A stretch of 60,061 bases of DNA, the filler included. It is 3 parts of 3 records of this genome, joined end to end, with 100 filler letters (N's around TTAATTAATTAA, not from the genome) between each part and the next. Parts side by side here need not be neighbours in the genome. Positions count along the whole stretch, not along the records: positions 40,981 to 60,061 come from DRR378314_418; 2 more parts are not named here. One strand, written 5' to 3'. Below, piece after piece: positions 42,659 through 54,100 of this stretch; the first letter of the stretch is position 1, and each line of letters starts with the position of its first letter. A program made the position numbers and the translations under genes. Under the pieces are notes generated by a model, which was not told the origin of the DNA, ran no database searches, and worked only from the letters and a program-made list of their open reading frames with translations.

Positions 42659-44032
42659 CTACTTTGTGATATTCGCTGATTTGTGATTATGACCATTACT
42701 AAAGAAAGTAAGTTTATCAATAAGATCAGGTACTAGTCGCTGGCTATTATATTCAAAGATTTTATTTATTTGCTTGATGTGGAATTGTCCTTCTATCTGG
42801 GAAATATTATTTTGTGCCCACACTTGAACTGAGTTTGAGTGATTAAATTGCTCAGGCATGGACTCTTTGTCATTGAGTAGTGTTTGCCACAACTCGCTTT
42901 GGATCTGTGCGGGAGTACCGGTAAACTGCTCTAGAGTGTCATTTATCCAGCCCATCCCTATTGTGTCGTAAGTATTTAAAATAGTGTTATATAACTCACG
43001 CCTATTTGAGTCTGAGCTAATATTGTCTTGTTGGGCGACAAATTTACCATTATCCATTTGGTAATATTGCTTATTGGCTTGATAGTTAGTTTGCTGTGCT
43101 AAGTAGCTCAGTAAATTAAGTTCGCTGTCTTTATCAACCTCACTTACCATCGCTAATACCTCATCAGTTTGATGGGTTTTAAGTAAGCTCACCATATCGA
43201 TAATACTACAGCTTTGCTCAAGATTACTTTGAGATAAATGACTATTTAGTTGAATAAGCTGATCTTCACTGAGGTTTTTATTCATTAATAAATTTGCATA
43301 ATCAATGACCAATTCATACTTGGCTAGATTAGAGCCATAGTTTGATTTAAACCAGTTAACATTATCTGGTTTACTGATCATTTCTACTATTTCGTGACCA
43401 TGTTTATTTTCACCGACAGGTGATATCGGGTTTGTATAATCATTTCCTTGCTGTACAAGTGTGCTCATAGTCTCGAGCGTCGAGCTAAGCTCATCAGCAG
43501 ATAGTTGACTCATAGATGAAATGAGTTGTTCACTAATGTTTTTATTATCCATGCCAATATAATGGCGAGAGCTTGCGACCATAAATTCAGTAAATATAGC
43601 GAGTTCCTCATCCGACATTTTTTTAGTTAAATCAAGTAGCTCAGATGTTGGCTTTAGATGTTGAAACATTGTTTGTAGTTCACCATCAAGGCGGTCAACC
43701 TGGTCTAAAAACGCATTGATATCGTCAGGGTTGGTAAACTCACCATATCTATACGTTTGTTCTACAAAGGGCTTATTAATATCTAATGGACTAGAGGCAA
43801 TACCATATTTTTTCATGCCAACAATATGATGAGGACTGTATGTTTTGGCAGTATTTCGGCCTTTGAAACTGTTCAATAGCAGTTCACTTTCAGGCCCTTT
43901 TTTAGCGATTATATAGTTACTTATAGAGTCTGCTTCATTTACTTTTACAGTCGCTGTAGGGGGAGTATTAGGTCTGTGTTGTTTAATCTGATCAGTCAGT
44001 TGCGAAAAACCTACAGTATTGGAGAGTTTCAT
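42659..44032 (-). CDS. Hypothetical 457-aa soluble protein
   Basis: Long ORF with AAAGGA RBS; no Sec signal, TM segment or recognised motif. Confidence 0.8.
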   Translation of the reverse strand: MKLSNTVGFSQLTDQIKQHRPNTPPTATVKVNEADSISNYIIAKKGPESELLLNSFKGRNTAKTYSPHHIVGMKKYGIASSPLDINKPFVEQTYRYGEFTNPDDINAFLDQVDRLDGELQTMFQHLKPTSELLDLTKKMSDEELAIFTEFMVASSRHYIGMDNKNISEQLISSMSQLSADELSSTLETMSTLVQQGNDYTNPISPVGENKHGHEIVEMISKPDNVNWFKSNYGSNLAKYELVIDYANLLMNKNLSEDQLIQLNSHLSQSNLEQSCSIIDMVSLLKTHQTDEVLAMVSEVDKDSELNLLSYLAQQTNYQANKQYYQMDNGKFVAQQDNISSDSNRRELYNTILNTYDTIGMGWINDTLEQFTGTPAQIQSELWQTLLNDKESMPEQFNHSNSVQVWAQNNISQIEGQFHIKQINKIFEYNSQRLVPDLIDKLTFFSNGHNHKSANITK

Positions 44033-44065
44033 CGTTAATCCTTTAACATATCCGGCTGTAACTAT

Positions 44066-44092
44066 TTATCGTCCAAACAGGCTAAACCTTGA
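44066..44092 (-). promoter_or_regulatory. Sigma28 (FliA) promoter for the hypothetical gene
   Basis: Minus strand TCAAGGTT-N11-GACGATAA vs TAAAGTTT-N11-GCCGATAA; 33 nt before the ATG. Confidence 0.65.
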
Positions 44093-44241
44093 GCTAGATG
44101 GGTTGATTTTTATCGTAGTTAATTTGATTAAAAATAATTTAAACGTTTAAATAAAAGAAAAACAAGGCGAACAAGGTTGTTCATTTGTTACAATTCGGTA
44201 TAGTTTGACAACAAATTTTTAATATAAAATTGAGATGTTCT

Positions 44242-44703
44242 ATGCAGTTAGTCGATTTAAACCCCAATGACCAGGATGTGATTAATGTTTTTACCGATAT
44301 CGACCGACTTATTTGTTCCTTATACCCAGTGGCGACCGCGCAGTCTCTTACCTTAGAAGAACTAAGCTTAGATAATGTGTATGCCATAGGCCTTAAAAAC
44401 GAAGATGGCATTGTTGCCTGTGGTGCTATTGTTATGCAATTAGACACCCCCCCTTATGGTGAAATACGCCGCTTGTATGTAAAACCTAGCTATCGTGGTA
44501 AAGGTTTATCTCGGCGCATAATGCAGATTTTGTTGCATCATGCAGGCGAAGAGCAGATTCCTTTAATTCGTTTAGAAACAGGGCCTAAGCAAAAAAAATC
44601 AATCAGTTTGTATGAAAATTTAGGCTTCCAATCATGTGGCCCGTTTGGTAACTACAGTGAAAATCCGCAAAGTTTGTTTATGGAACTGGGCCTGAACCAA
44701 TAA
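44242..44703 (+). CDS. GNAT acetyltransferase (YedL-like)
   Basis: ACGA, GEIRRLYV, RGKGL, RLETG and LYE.LGF motifs. Confidence 0.88.
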   Translation: MQLVDLNPNDQDVINVFTDIDRLICSLYPVATAQSLTLEELSLDNVYAIGLKNEDGIVACGAIVMQLDTPPYGEIRRLYVKPSYRGKGLSRRIMQILLHHAGEEQIPLIRLETGPKQKKSISLYENLGFQSCGPFGNYSENPQSLFMELGLNQ

Positions 44704-44725
44704 CGATTAAAATACTCCCCTAATT

Positions 44726-44770
44726 GTTTGGTGCTTATGCAGCTTTAAGCACCTAACCATTTCTTTTTCC
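44726..44770 (+). terminator. Terminator after the GNAT gene
   Basis: GTTTGGTGCTTA...TAAGCACCTAAC stem followed by a T-rich tract. Confidence 0.55.
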
Positions 44771-44904
44771 CCTCTTGTTTTAGCATCTTAAAACTCACTC
44801 GTTACGAGTAAAAATACTTGTTGGACTTAAGCCTATTTTTTTCTTTTAATGCGCGCAATTAGCCGACAATGATCTCGGCATCATTAAATAAGAGAGAAAG
44901 ATAA

Positions 44905-46818
44905 ATGAAAGATACAACATCACTAGAGCAAGCTCGCACGAGTTACAATGTTCGTCATTGGAGCCAAGGTTTTTTTGGTATTAATGATCAAGGTGATGTG
45001 TATGTTGCACCCAAGGCTGATGCTCCAGAGCAAACCATTGCATTAATTGATATCGCCAAACAGCTTGAAGATAAAGGCTTGAGCCTGCCTGCTTTAGTTC
45101 GTTTTCCGCAGATATTGCATCATCGCGTTCACAGCCTATGTGCAGCTTTTAATACTGCAATTGAAAGCTATAACTACCCTAAAGATTACCTATTGGTTTA
45201 CCCAATAAAAGTAAATCAACAACGTGAAGTGGTTGAGGAAATAGTCGCCAGCCAAGCAAATATTGAAAAGAAACAACTGGGTCTTGAGGCTGGTAGTAAG
45301 CCAGAGCTATTGACTGTACTAGCATTGGCAGAAAAAACCAGCGCCGTGATTGTGTGTAATGGTTACAAAGATAAGGAATACGTGCGTCTTGCATTGATTG
45401 GCGAAAAGCTAGGGCACAAAGTGTATATCGTGTTAGAAAAGCTCTCTGAGTTAGACATGGTACTTAGCCAAGCTAAAGAACTTAATGTAAAGCCACGTAT
45501 CGGTATTCGTGTGCGTTTGGCGTCGCAGGGTAAAGGTAAATGGCAAGCCAGTGGTGGCGAAAAGTCAAAGTTTGGCTTATCGGCATCACAAGTATTGCAT
45601 GTGGTAAATAAGTTAAAAGAAACCGACCAACTTGATTTAGTGCAGTTAGTGCATTTTCACCTAGGCTCGCAAATGGCCAATATTCGTGATGTACGTTTTG
45701 GCGTGAGTGAAGCGGCGCGTTTTTACTGTGAACTACGCAAATTAGGTGCTCAAATCGAGTGTTTGGATGTCGGTGGTGGCTTGGCGGTTGATTATGACGG
45801 CACACGGAGCCAGTCGCATAACTCAATGAATTACAGCTTAGGTGAGTATGCCAATAACATTGTTTACACCATTGGCGATATTTGTAAGCAGTACGAACAA
45901 CCGTTTCCGACGATTATTTCGGAGTCTGGCCGTGCGCTAACTGCTCACCATGCGGTACTTATTTCAAATGTAATTGGCACCGAAAGCTATGTGCCAGAGG
46001 ACATTCAAGCACCAGCGGATGATGCACCGTTATTACTAAAAAATATGTGGCAGTCGTGGCAGCAATTACATGTGTTGACTGATGACCGTGCATTAATTGA
46101 GATTTATCACGATAGCCAAGGTGATTTAGCTGAGGCGCATAACCAATTTGCAATGGGATTATTAGATTTAACTCAGCGTGCGTGGGCGGAGCAAATTAAC
46201 TTACGTGTATGTTATGAGCTTAACAAACATATGGATAATAAAAACCGTTTTCATCGGCCTATTATTGATGAACTTAATGCACGATTAGCGGATAAGTTTT
46301 TTGTTAATTTTTCATTGTTTCAGTCACTACCTGATGCGTGGGGAATCGACCAAGTGTTTCCGGTATTACCATTAAGTGGTTTAACTGAAGCGCCACAAAA
46401 GCGTGCGGTGTTGCTTGATATAACTTGTGATTCTGACGGTGCACTTGATCATTATGTTGATGGCCAAGGCATTGAAAGTACTCTACCGGTGCCAGAATTT
46501 AGTGCTGAAAAACCGTATTTAATGGGCTTTTTCTTAGTGGGTGCCTACCAAGAAATATTGGGTGATATGCATAATTTATTTGGTGATACCCACAGTGCGA
46601 TGATCACAATGGATGAGCAAGGTGATGCCCGTATTGTAGAAGTTAACCAAGGGGACACAGTGGCCGACATGATGCGCTATGTACACTTGGATGTTGAAGG
46701 CTTTCAGTCTTCTTATGCGCAGCTGGTGGCCGGTAAATTACCAGCAAACGAGCAGCAAAGTGTGCTTGACGAGTTACAAGCTGGTTTAGACGGTTATACT
46801 TATTTAGAAGAGCTTTAA
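44905..46818 (+). CDS. speA: Biosynthetic arginine decarboxylase
   Basis: [33 protein letters not shown] and GAYQEILG motifs. Confidence 0.96.
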   Translation: MKDTTSLEQARTSYNVRHWSQGFFGINDQGDVYVAPKADAPEQTIALIDIAKQLEDKGLSLPALVRFPQILHHRVHSLCAAFNTAIESYNYPKDYLLVYPIKVNQQREVVEEIVASQANIEKKQLGLEAGSKPELLTVLALAEKTSAVIVCNGYKDKEYVRLALIGEKLGHKVYIVLEKLSELDMVLSQAKELNVKPRIGIRVRLASQGKGKWQASGGEKSKFGLSASQVLHVVNKLKETDQLDLVQLVHFHLGSQMANIRDVRFGVSEAARFYCELRKLGAQIECLDVGGGLAVDYDGTRSQSHNSMNYSLGEYANNIVYTIGDICKQYEQPFPTIISESGRALTAHHAVLISNVIGTESYVPEDIQAPADDAPLLLKNMWQSWQQLHVLTDDRALIEIYHDSQGDLAEAHNQFAMGLLDLTQRAWAEQINLRVCYELNKHMDNKNRFHRPIIDELNARLADKFFVNFSLFQSLPDAWGIDQVFPVLPLSGLTEAPQKRAVLLDITCDSDGALDHYVDGQGIESTLPVPEFSAEKPYLMGFFLVGAYQEILGDMHNLFGDTHSAMITMDEQGDARIVEVNQGDTVADMMRYVHLDVEGFQSSYAQLVAGKLPANEQQSVLDELQAGLDGYTYLEEL

Positions 46819-46819
46819 T

Positions 46820-47743
46820 ATGACGACCTTGTTTGATCATACCGATCACTCATTGTACTCCAATGGCATGACGTTTTTACGCCAGCCCATGGTGCAAAAT
46901 ATCACAGACATCAACGCAGATGTGGTAGTGCTAGGCTTACCTTTTGATTTGGCGACGTCGGGTCGCCCTGGTGCGCGCTTAGGGCCTGATGCAATTCGTC
47001 GCGCATCGGTGCATTTAGCATGGGAAGAAACAAAATACCCGTGGACGTTCCCATTGTTTGAGCGTTTAAAGTTAGCCGATGCGGGGGATTTTACTTACCC
47101 AGTTGGCGACCCTGAGTATTTTACTGCGCAGCTTGAATTAGCCGCGGAGCAAATTTTACGTCAGGGTAAAACTTTACTCGGCCTAGGAGGAGATCACTTT
47201 GTTACTTTGCCGTTACTGCGCGCCCACGCTAAACGCTTTGGTAAAATGGCTTTAGTGCATTTTGATGCGCATACAGATACCTACAGTAATGGCTCGCGTT
47301 ATGATCACGGCACTATGTTTTATCATGCGCCAATGGAGGGGCTGATAGATGTAGAGCACAGTATTCAAATCGGTATTCGTACTGACTTTGATCAAAGCAA
47401 GCATGAATTTGCCGTCATTGATGCCATGGCAGCAAATGATTTATCGGCGCAAACTATTGCTGAACAAATTTTAGCGCGGGTGGGGGAGTTACCTGTGTAT
47501 GTTACTTTTGATATTGATTGTTTAGATCCCGCATTTGCGCCAGGTACAGGCACACCAGTTTGTGGCGGACTGAGCAGCGATAAAGTGCTTAAAATCTTAC
47601 GCGCTCTCAAGGGAATAAATATAGTGGGAATGGATGTTGTAGAAGTGTCGCCGTCGTACGATCAAAGTGAACTCACCGCGATAGCAGCTGCGACCATTGC
47701 TAATGAATTACTGCATTTATGGACGTTAAAACATAAGTACTGA
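46820..47743 (+). CDS. speB: Agmatinase
   Basis: [19 protein letters not shown] and GTGTP ureohydrolase motifs; follows speA. Confidence 0.95.
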   Translation: MTTLFDHTDHSLYSNGMTFLRQPMVQNITDINADVVVLGLPFDLATSGRPGARLGPDAIRRASVHLAWEETKYPWTFPLFERLKLADAGDFTYPVGDPEYFTAQLELAAEQILRQGKTLLGLGGDHFVTLPLLRAHAKRFGKMALVHFDAHTDTYSNGSRYDHGTMFYHAPMEGLIDVEHSIQIGIRTDFDQSKHEFAVIDAMAANDLSAQTIAEQILARVGELPVYVTFDIDCLDPAFAPGTGTPVCGGLSSDKVLKILRALKGINIVGMDVVEVSPSYDQSELTAIAAATIANELLHLWTLKHKY

Positions 47744-47757
47744 TTGAGCACTGTAAT

Positions 47758-47781
47758 AAAAGCGCCATGTAGGCGCTTTTT
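47758..47781. terminator. Bidirectional terminator
   Basis: AAAAGCGCC-ATGTA-GGCGCTTTTT between convergent genes. Confidence 0.8.
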
Positions 47782-47788
47782 ACATAAT

Positions 47789-48082
47789 TCACTTGAACTT
47801 CATATTGTGTTTTTTTGCATAGGCCAAACACACTGGAACTTCTATGAGTATGTAGGTTAAAAACGTGAACCAAAACCAATTAACCTTAAAGATTAACCAA
47901 CTAAACTCAACGCCAGAATCATAATAAAGACTCCCTGCAACGACTAATGTGATAGTTGTTGCGAACAGGTCTTGGCTTGATACTTTTACAAAATCATTGC
48001 CAGCAAAACGCGGGTAAATAACCCCATAACCTAGTGCGATTACGGTAATAACCAATGTAATTAATGTTAACTCAGGTGTCAT
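47789..48082 (-). CDS. Small membrane protein
   Basis: Three hydrophobic segments, NWFWF motif; translationally coupled to the M48 gene. Confidence 0.7.
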   Translation of the reverse strand: MTPELTLITLVITVIALGYGVIYPRFAGNDFVKVSSQDLFATTITLVVAGSLYYDSGVEFSWLIFKVNWFWFTFLTYILIEVPVCLAYAKKHNMKFK

Positions 48083-49116
48083 TATGGTGTGTACTGCCTC
48101 GCAAAATCAATGCGCTCTTGAGAACTAGGGTGTGTAGATAAATATTTAAGCCACGACTCATCAAGTTGCGCTTGCTCATCTAATTTGTTTTGCAGTGCTT
48201 GTATAGCATCGGCAAAATCATCATTAGAATAACCTAAAGCAATTAATTTCTCGATAGCGTATTTGTCTGCTTCACGTTCCATATCTCGTGAAAACGCTTG
48301 CTGCAAAAAAGAAGAGCTAGAGCCAAGTACGACTTCTGTGATCCCTTCTAAGTCTCCAAAAATAATCGCTAACACTATGGTGCTAGCAGTTGCTTGCGCC
48401 GCTAATCGAATACCATGATGGTACTGAACATGGCCTATTTCATGAAGTAAAATTGCACGCAATGCATCCGGTTTATCTTTGAGTAAAATGACTAATTCAT
48501 CGGTAACAATGACTCGGCCATGAGGTAACGCGAATGCATTAGCAGAAAAATAATCTGATTGATAAAATGACAGCCTAAACTTTTTTTTATCTAACTGAAG
48601 GTCATCAAGCATACTATGCCACTGTTGTTGAATAAGCGCTTGTTTCTCACTCGGAAGCTGAGTTGGCTCTAACGCTATTTTTTCAATTACTTGTAAACTT
48701 TGTTCACCCATAGCTTCTACCATTGAAGGAGAGGCTAAACCAACACTGTATACAGCAATAGCTGGTATGCCACGATAGAGAATAAACCACAGCAACAACG
48801 GTATTAAAATAACTGAGGCAAAAATAAGTAGTTTATTTTTTTCTAATTGCTGCGCTATGCCATGGCTATGATGAGTAAACGGCCATTGAAAATTCATATC
48901 ATCAGGTATGAACCGCCCACCATCAGCAAAACACACAGCAGTTGCAATACCTGGCAAGGGACTTTCAAATGAGCAATCTATATTTGAAACCGAAACGATA
49001 GAATTCGTCTGGTTATCAAACAATTGTATTTGCTCGTCATTAATTACAGCGCTGCACTGAATATGTTGGCTGCGACTAGGGTAATAGTAGCAGCCTGTTG
49101 TTTGGGTTTGATTCAT
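48082..49116 (-). CDS. M48-family metallopeptidase
   Basis: NAFALP, HEIGH, E.EAD and YLSTHP...R motifs. Confidence 0.9.
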   Translation of the reverse strand: MNQTQTTGCYYYPSRSQHIQCSAVINDEQIQLFDNQTNSIVSVSNIDCSFESPLPGIATAVCFADGGRFIPDDMNFQWPFTHHSHGIAQQLEKNKLLIFASVILIPLLLWFILYRGIPAIAVYSVGLASPSMVEAMGEQSLQVIEKIALEPTQLPSEKQALIQQQWHSMLDDLQLDKKKFRLSFYQSDYFSANAFALPHGRVIVTDELVILLKDKPDALRAILLHEIGHVQYHHGIRLAAQATASTIVLAIIFGDLEGITEVVLGSSSSFLQQAFSRDMEREADKYAIEKLIALGYSNDDFADAIQALQNKLDEQAQLDESWLKYLSTHPSSQERIDFARQYTP

Positions 49117-50213
49117 TAGGTAAGCGATATATCAATGTCGAAAACGTTTGCAGCTTCTTCTGCAAAGGATGACTGCTGTTGCTCTACAGTATCAATAATA
49201 GCTATTGCGCCATGATAAATGGTTACCTCAGTAGCGGAGCAAAGCAAACGGGCTTTTCGTATTTTCGCCCATGGGTAAGCCATTCCTAAAGTAAAAGTGA
49301 TAGCAAATGCATTGGTAAACAACAGCATGGCGTATTGAACAGCTTTTAAATCTGATTTAAAGCTCGCCACGTCTTCGAATTCGCTATTGTTTAAAATATG
49401 ATTGCGGATAATAGACTGATAAACAGCACTCACTAAGGTCAAAAATGCTACATATAATGCAGCGATTAAAACAGGGAAAATTATAGTAGATGGGTGAATA
49501 TTTTCGGCATCGATAGCACCAATTCCCATTGCTGTGCCTGTCAAACCTAAAATTATACCAAAAATAACCAAACCGGCTATGGTAACGCCAATGGTTATTA
49601 AAGCAGCCATGTAGTATTTCTCACCTTGAAGATTGACTGTAATTGGCTTGTTACCGTAGCTGATGTTTTCGTGCATATATTGATCAATGCGTTTTAGTAC
49701 GTATGGCAGCAATAGGTAGAGAGTAAAGATACTCGCAATGGGTAATATAATAAAATTTATAAATGCTTCACCGTAGTTACCGGCAAAAGCAAACCGCACA
49801 TTACGATGTCGAGTCATTAGCATGTTAAACCTAAGGCCCTGATTAATAATCCAAGGCATCGCGAACAATAAGCAAATTGCTAATAAAATACCAAAGGTTG
49901 GAAAAAATTGTATAACAAGACTGTAAATCACAAACACAGCAACAGCCAATATACGGCCTTTTAATATTTGTATAGGCGTTGCCAAGTAGTCAAAGCTGTG
50001 GCCGTCTATTGTTGTATTACTATAAAAATATCGATAAGTACGTACTTTTGCCCAAGCAGAGTAGATACCTAAGGTGAGTATGCTCAGTAGAATATTCACT
50101 GTCCAAATACCAAAAAACTCACCAGCTTTACCACTGAATTTTACTCTGTCTTGAGATATTATTTGTGGTGAAGGGGCGTGCGTTGTATTGACTGGAGGGG
50201 TGGTTGTGTCCAT
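49116..50213 (-). CDS. YjgN/DUF898 family membrane protein
   Basis: FSG..GEFFGIW.VN.LL.ILTLGIYSAWAKVR signature. Confidence 0.9.
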   Translation of the reverse strand: MDTTTPPVNTTHAPSPQIISQDRVKFSGKAGEFFGIWTVNILLSILTLGIYSAWAKVRTYRYFYSNTTIDGHSFDYLATPIQILKGRILAVAVFVIYSLVIQFFPTFGILLAICLLFAMPWIINQGLRFNMLMTRHRNVRFAFAGNYGEAFINFIILPIASIFTLYLLLPYVLKRIDQYMHENISYGNKPITVNLQGEKYYMAALITIGVTIAGLVIFGIILGLTGTAMGIGAIDAENIHPSTIIFPVLIAALYVAFLTLVSAVYQSIIRNHILNNSEFEDVASFKSDLKAVQYAMLLFTNAFAITFTLGMAYPWAKIRKARLLCSATEVTIYHGAIAIIDTVEQQQSSFAEEAANVFDIDISLT

Positions 50214-50379
50214 GTTATTTCCATATCCTTAAATTAGGTCCAGAAATCTACTAAATAATTGCCTTTTTATCAATCAAATTATACTGCAATGGTTGATTTA
50301 CAGTATTTTTTTAGACTTTTCAATTTTAGAACTCTCCCCTAAACCTGTTATACTAACTGCATCATTTTATGGGGCTGTT

Positions 50380-51111
50380 ATGATTTCAAAAAACCAACTC
50401 AAGTTAATTCGTGCATTAGGGCAAAAAAAGTACCGAAAGCAATACAATCAATACCTTGTACAAGGTGAAAAAAATGTACTTGAGTTGTTAGCGAGTGATT
50501 TAGCGGTTGTTGATTTATTTGCTACGCCTGCGTTTATTAATCAGCATCAGGCTCAATTTAATAAAGTGAGTATGATTGAAGCGGATGAAGACACCTTAAC
50601 AAAAGCCAGTACTTTGGTTTCGAACAATGCGGCGATTGCGGTTGTGGCGATGCCTAAAGTGGAGCTACCGAACGCGCAAGGGTTAATTTTAGCGCTAGAT
50701 GGAGTGTCTGACCCTGGTAATTTAGGTACGATCATTCGTGTTGCTGATTGGTATGGTATAAAACATATCGTGGCAAGTATCGATAGCGCAGACCCATACA
50801 ACCCAAAAACAATCAGTGCCACAATGGGCTCATTTGTGCGTGTTGCAGTAAGCCAGGTTGATTTACCTTCTTATTTAGAAACGCTTAACTTGCCCATATA
50901 TGGTGCATTTTTAGAGGGTGAAAACCTACATAAGACTGAATTATCGCAATCAGGTGTGTTACTTATGGGCAGTGAATCTCATGGAATTCGCAGTGAGTGC
51001 GCTGAACTGGTAACAAACAAAATAACCATTCCTGCTTTTGGTGCGGCCGAATCGCTCAATGTCGCGATGGCAACAGGGATTATTTTAGATAACTTTAAAC
51101 GCCAAGCTTAG
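50380..51111 (+). CDS. TrmH/SpoU-family RNA methyltransferase
   Basis: DPGNLGTIIR, GSESHG and ESLNVA motifs. Confidence 0.92.
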   Translation: MISKNQLKLIRALGQKKYRKQYNQYLVQGEKNVLELLASDLAVVDLFATPAFINQHQAQFNKVSMIEADEDTLTKASTLVSNNAAIAVVAMPKVELPNAQGLILALDGVSDPGNLGTIIRVADWYGIKHIVASIDSADPYNPKTISATMGSFVRVAVSQVDLPSYLETLNLPIYGAFLEGENLHKTELSQSGVLLMGSESHGIRSECAELVTNKITIPAFGAAESLNVAMATGIILDNFKRQA

Positions 51112-51191
51112 ATTTTGCATTTACTTTTGCTGTCTATAACAGTTACATTTAATCGTTAATAATTAATAATAAGATTCGGTAAACCAAATAG

Positions 51192-54100
51192 ATGCGTTTG
51201 AGCACCATAAAATTAGCGGGCTTTAAATCCTTTGTAGAGCCCACTAAAATTCCATTTCCTGATCAAATGACGTGTGTTGTTGGCCCCAATGGCTGCGGCA
51301 AATCAAACGTGATTGATGCAGTGCGTTGGGTTTTAGGTGAAAGCTCAGCAAAAAACCTGCGTGGTGATGCCATGACCGATGTTATTTTTAACGGCTCCAC
51401 TAATCGAAAACCTATCTCTCAAGCATCTGTTGAGCTCATTTTTGATAATACTCAAGGCCATCTACCTAATACCTTTGCTGATCGTAACCAAGTTGCTATT
51501 AAACGTTTAGTTACTCGTGATGGTCAATCGCTGTATTTTTTAAATGGTAGCAAGTGCCGTAAACGCGATATTACTGATATATTTTTAGGCACAGGGCTCG
51601 GCCCGCGCAGTTATGCGATTATCGAACAAGGGATGATCTCGCGTTTAATTGAGAGTAAACCTGCTGATTTACGTGTTTTTCTTGAAGAAGCTGCAGGGGT
51701 ATCAAAATACAAAGAACGACGAAAAGAAACCCAAACCCGCATTAAGAGCACCCGTGAAAATCTTGAGCGTTTACTTGATGTGCGCCAGGAGCTGCAAGCG
51801 CAAGTTGATAAGCTCGCTTTACAATCGGTTGAGGCCAAAAAGTTTAAAGAGTTAAAAGCCCAAGAACGCACATTGAAAGGGCAAATTGCGGTGTTAAAGT
51901 GGCAAAAGCTGCACCAACAACAAGTAGATAAAAATCAGCAAATAGCTAAATTAAATGAACAAATTGATTTTTATAAACAAGCCAATGCAGGCCACGATGA
52001 CGTATTAACGAGTCTTGAGCTTCAAGTACAACAACGCCAACAGCAGTTAGCTGATGCGCAACAAGCGCAACATAATACCCATACCCAACTGACACGCATT
52101 GAACAACAACAAATCAGCCTAAAGCAACAGCATCAAACATTAAGTCAAAGTTTAATTAAGCAGCAAACCCTTCAGTTGCAAAGCCAAGAGCAGCAATTGC
52201 AGCAGCAAGGACATACGAGTGAGCTGGCTGAGACCTTACAAAATGCCATAGAACACACACTTATCTGTGATGAACAAGTGACGCAAATTGCTGAGCAAGT
52301 AGAGCAATCACAACAACAAAAAAACCTTGCAAATAGCCAGTATCAAGAGCTAAACGAGCAACTTCAAACGGTATTAAATAACCATAATAAAGAACTTAAC
52401 ACCCAAGCACAGCACCAGCAAAACCTGCATTATATCATTAAACAATTGGATGATATTGAACAGCAATCGGCAGAGCTTGCAAAAAATTCAATTGCAAAGC
52501 AGCTAGATGAACAACATACGTTAATGCAATCTTTAACCAAAGAACTTGCAGCAAAACAAAGCGCACTAAACAAGACAACGCTCAGTGCTCAATCCGCTTA
52601 TGATGCATTAACACAAAGCCAAATTGCGCAGCAAAATGAAGCGCAAGCAGTAAATGAGAATAAAGCCAAAATTGCCGGTTTAAGTAGTATGCTTAAGGGT
52701 GACAATAATCAAGATACAGGCACTTTATTAGCGCAACTTGAGGTAAAGTCTGGTTATGAACAGGTAGTTGAACAGGCCCTTTTGAATTTAACACACTTAG
52801 CTGTTAAACCAGCCGCTGATAACAATAGTGTTTGGCTCAGTACAAACAATGCTAAAGCGGGTTCAGTTGCAGCACTCATTGACCGCGGTGTTTACCCAGA
52901 TTTATTAGAACGTATTGCTTTTGCAGATAATTTTGAGCAGAGTATATTTGATGATGAGTTTTGGCTTGCGGTTATTGACGGCAATGCCAATATAAATGGG
53001 CGTAACTGGCATTTAAGTAATCATGGCGATGCTGAAAGTTCCTTGCTGCTCAAACATAAGCAGCTTAATGAGGCTAAAGAGTTGGCTACCTCATTGCAAT
53101 CACAGCTTGAAAGTGCGCAAACAGTTGTCAGCGAAAATAAATCCGTACACAGTAATCTTTTGATACAAGTAGATGACTTAAAAGATGCTGTACACCAATT
53201 GGCACAAAAAATAGCGGCAGCCAGCACTCGCCGCGATATGCTAAAAGAACAATTAACTCTGTGGCAAACCCAACAAGAAAAACTCTCTACTAAGCGTCAA
53301 AGTTTACTTGATGAACAAGTAACCATTAACGCAGCTATGCAGCAGCAACAACAGCTTATCGAACGTATAGAACAACGACAGCAACAATTATCAGCACAAC
53401 GTGAACAAGCCAAACAGACACAGCAACAGTGCGATGATGAATACCAGCAGCATAGTCGTGTATTTGAGCAATATAAGAGTCAAGCACATCAAGCTAACTT
53501 AGCGGAGCAAACAGCGCGTAGCGAGTGCCAGCTAAGTGAAACTAAGTTACAGCACGCTTTGAGCGCATACAACACCGCCAGTGAGTCGGTAACAGAGCTA
53601 ACTAATCAAATTGAAGAGTTAGTGATCCCACTTGAAGAAAGTGCCGAGAAAATACTATTACTTCTTGAGCAGCACCAACAAGGAGAAGCTGAGCTAACTA
53701 CTCTAAAAGCTGGTTTAGCGGATGCAAAAACGGCGCTTTTGGATAAGCAAACCATACTCAAATCATCACAAGGTGAATTAAGTAGTTTACAAGAGAAACT
53801 CCAAGCTTTAGCCCTTGAAGAGCAAAGCTTGATAGTAAAAGCGCAAGCCGCGCTTGAACCATTGGCTGAACTTGAGCAAAATTTAAAAGCAGTATTGGCG
53901 CAATTACCAGAGTCAGCTAATTTATCTACAATGCAAGCACAGCTTAATCGGATAGCACAAAGTGTGAATGAATTGGGCGCGGTAAATTTAGCGGCAATCG
54001 ATGAGTTTGACCAAGCTAAGCAACGCAGTGAGTACTTAGAGCAGCAACTGGAAGATTTAACGAATGCACTTTCAAGTCTAGAAGGAGCAATTCATAAGAT

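Noticed and set aside
51900-53500. CAA/CAG-rich repetitive appearance
   Set aside because: Explained by the Gln-rich SMC coiled coils; not a repeat array
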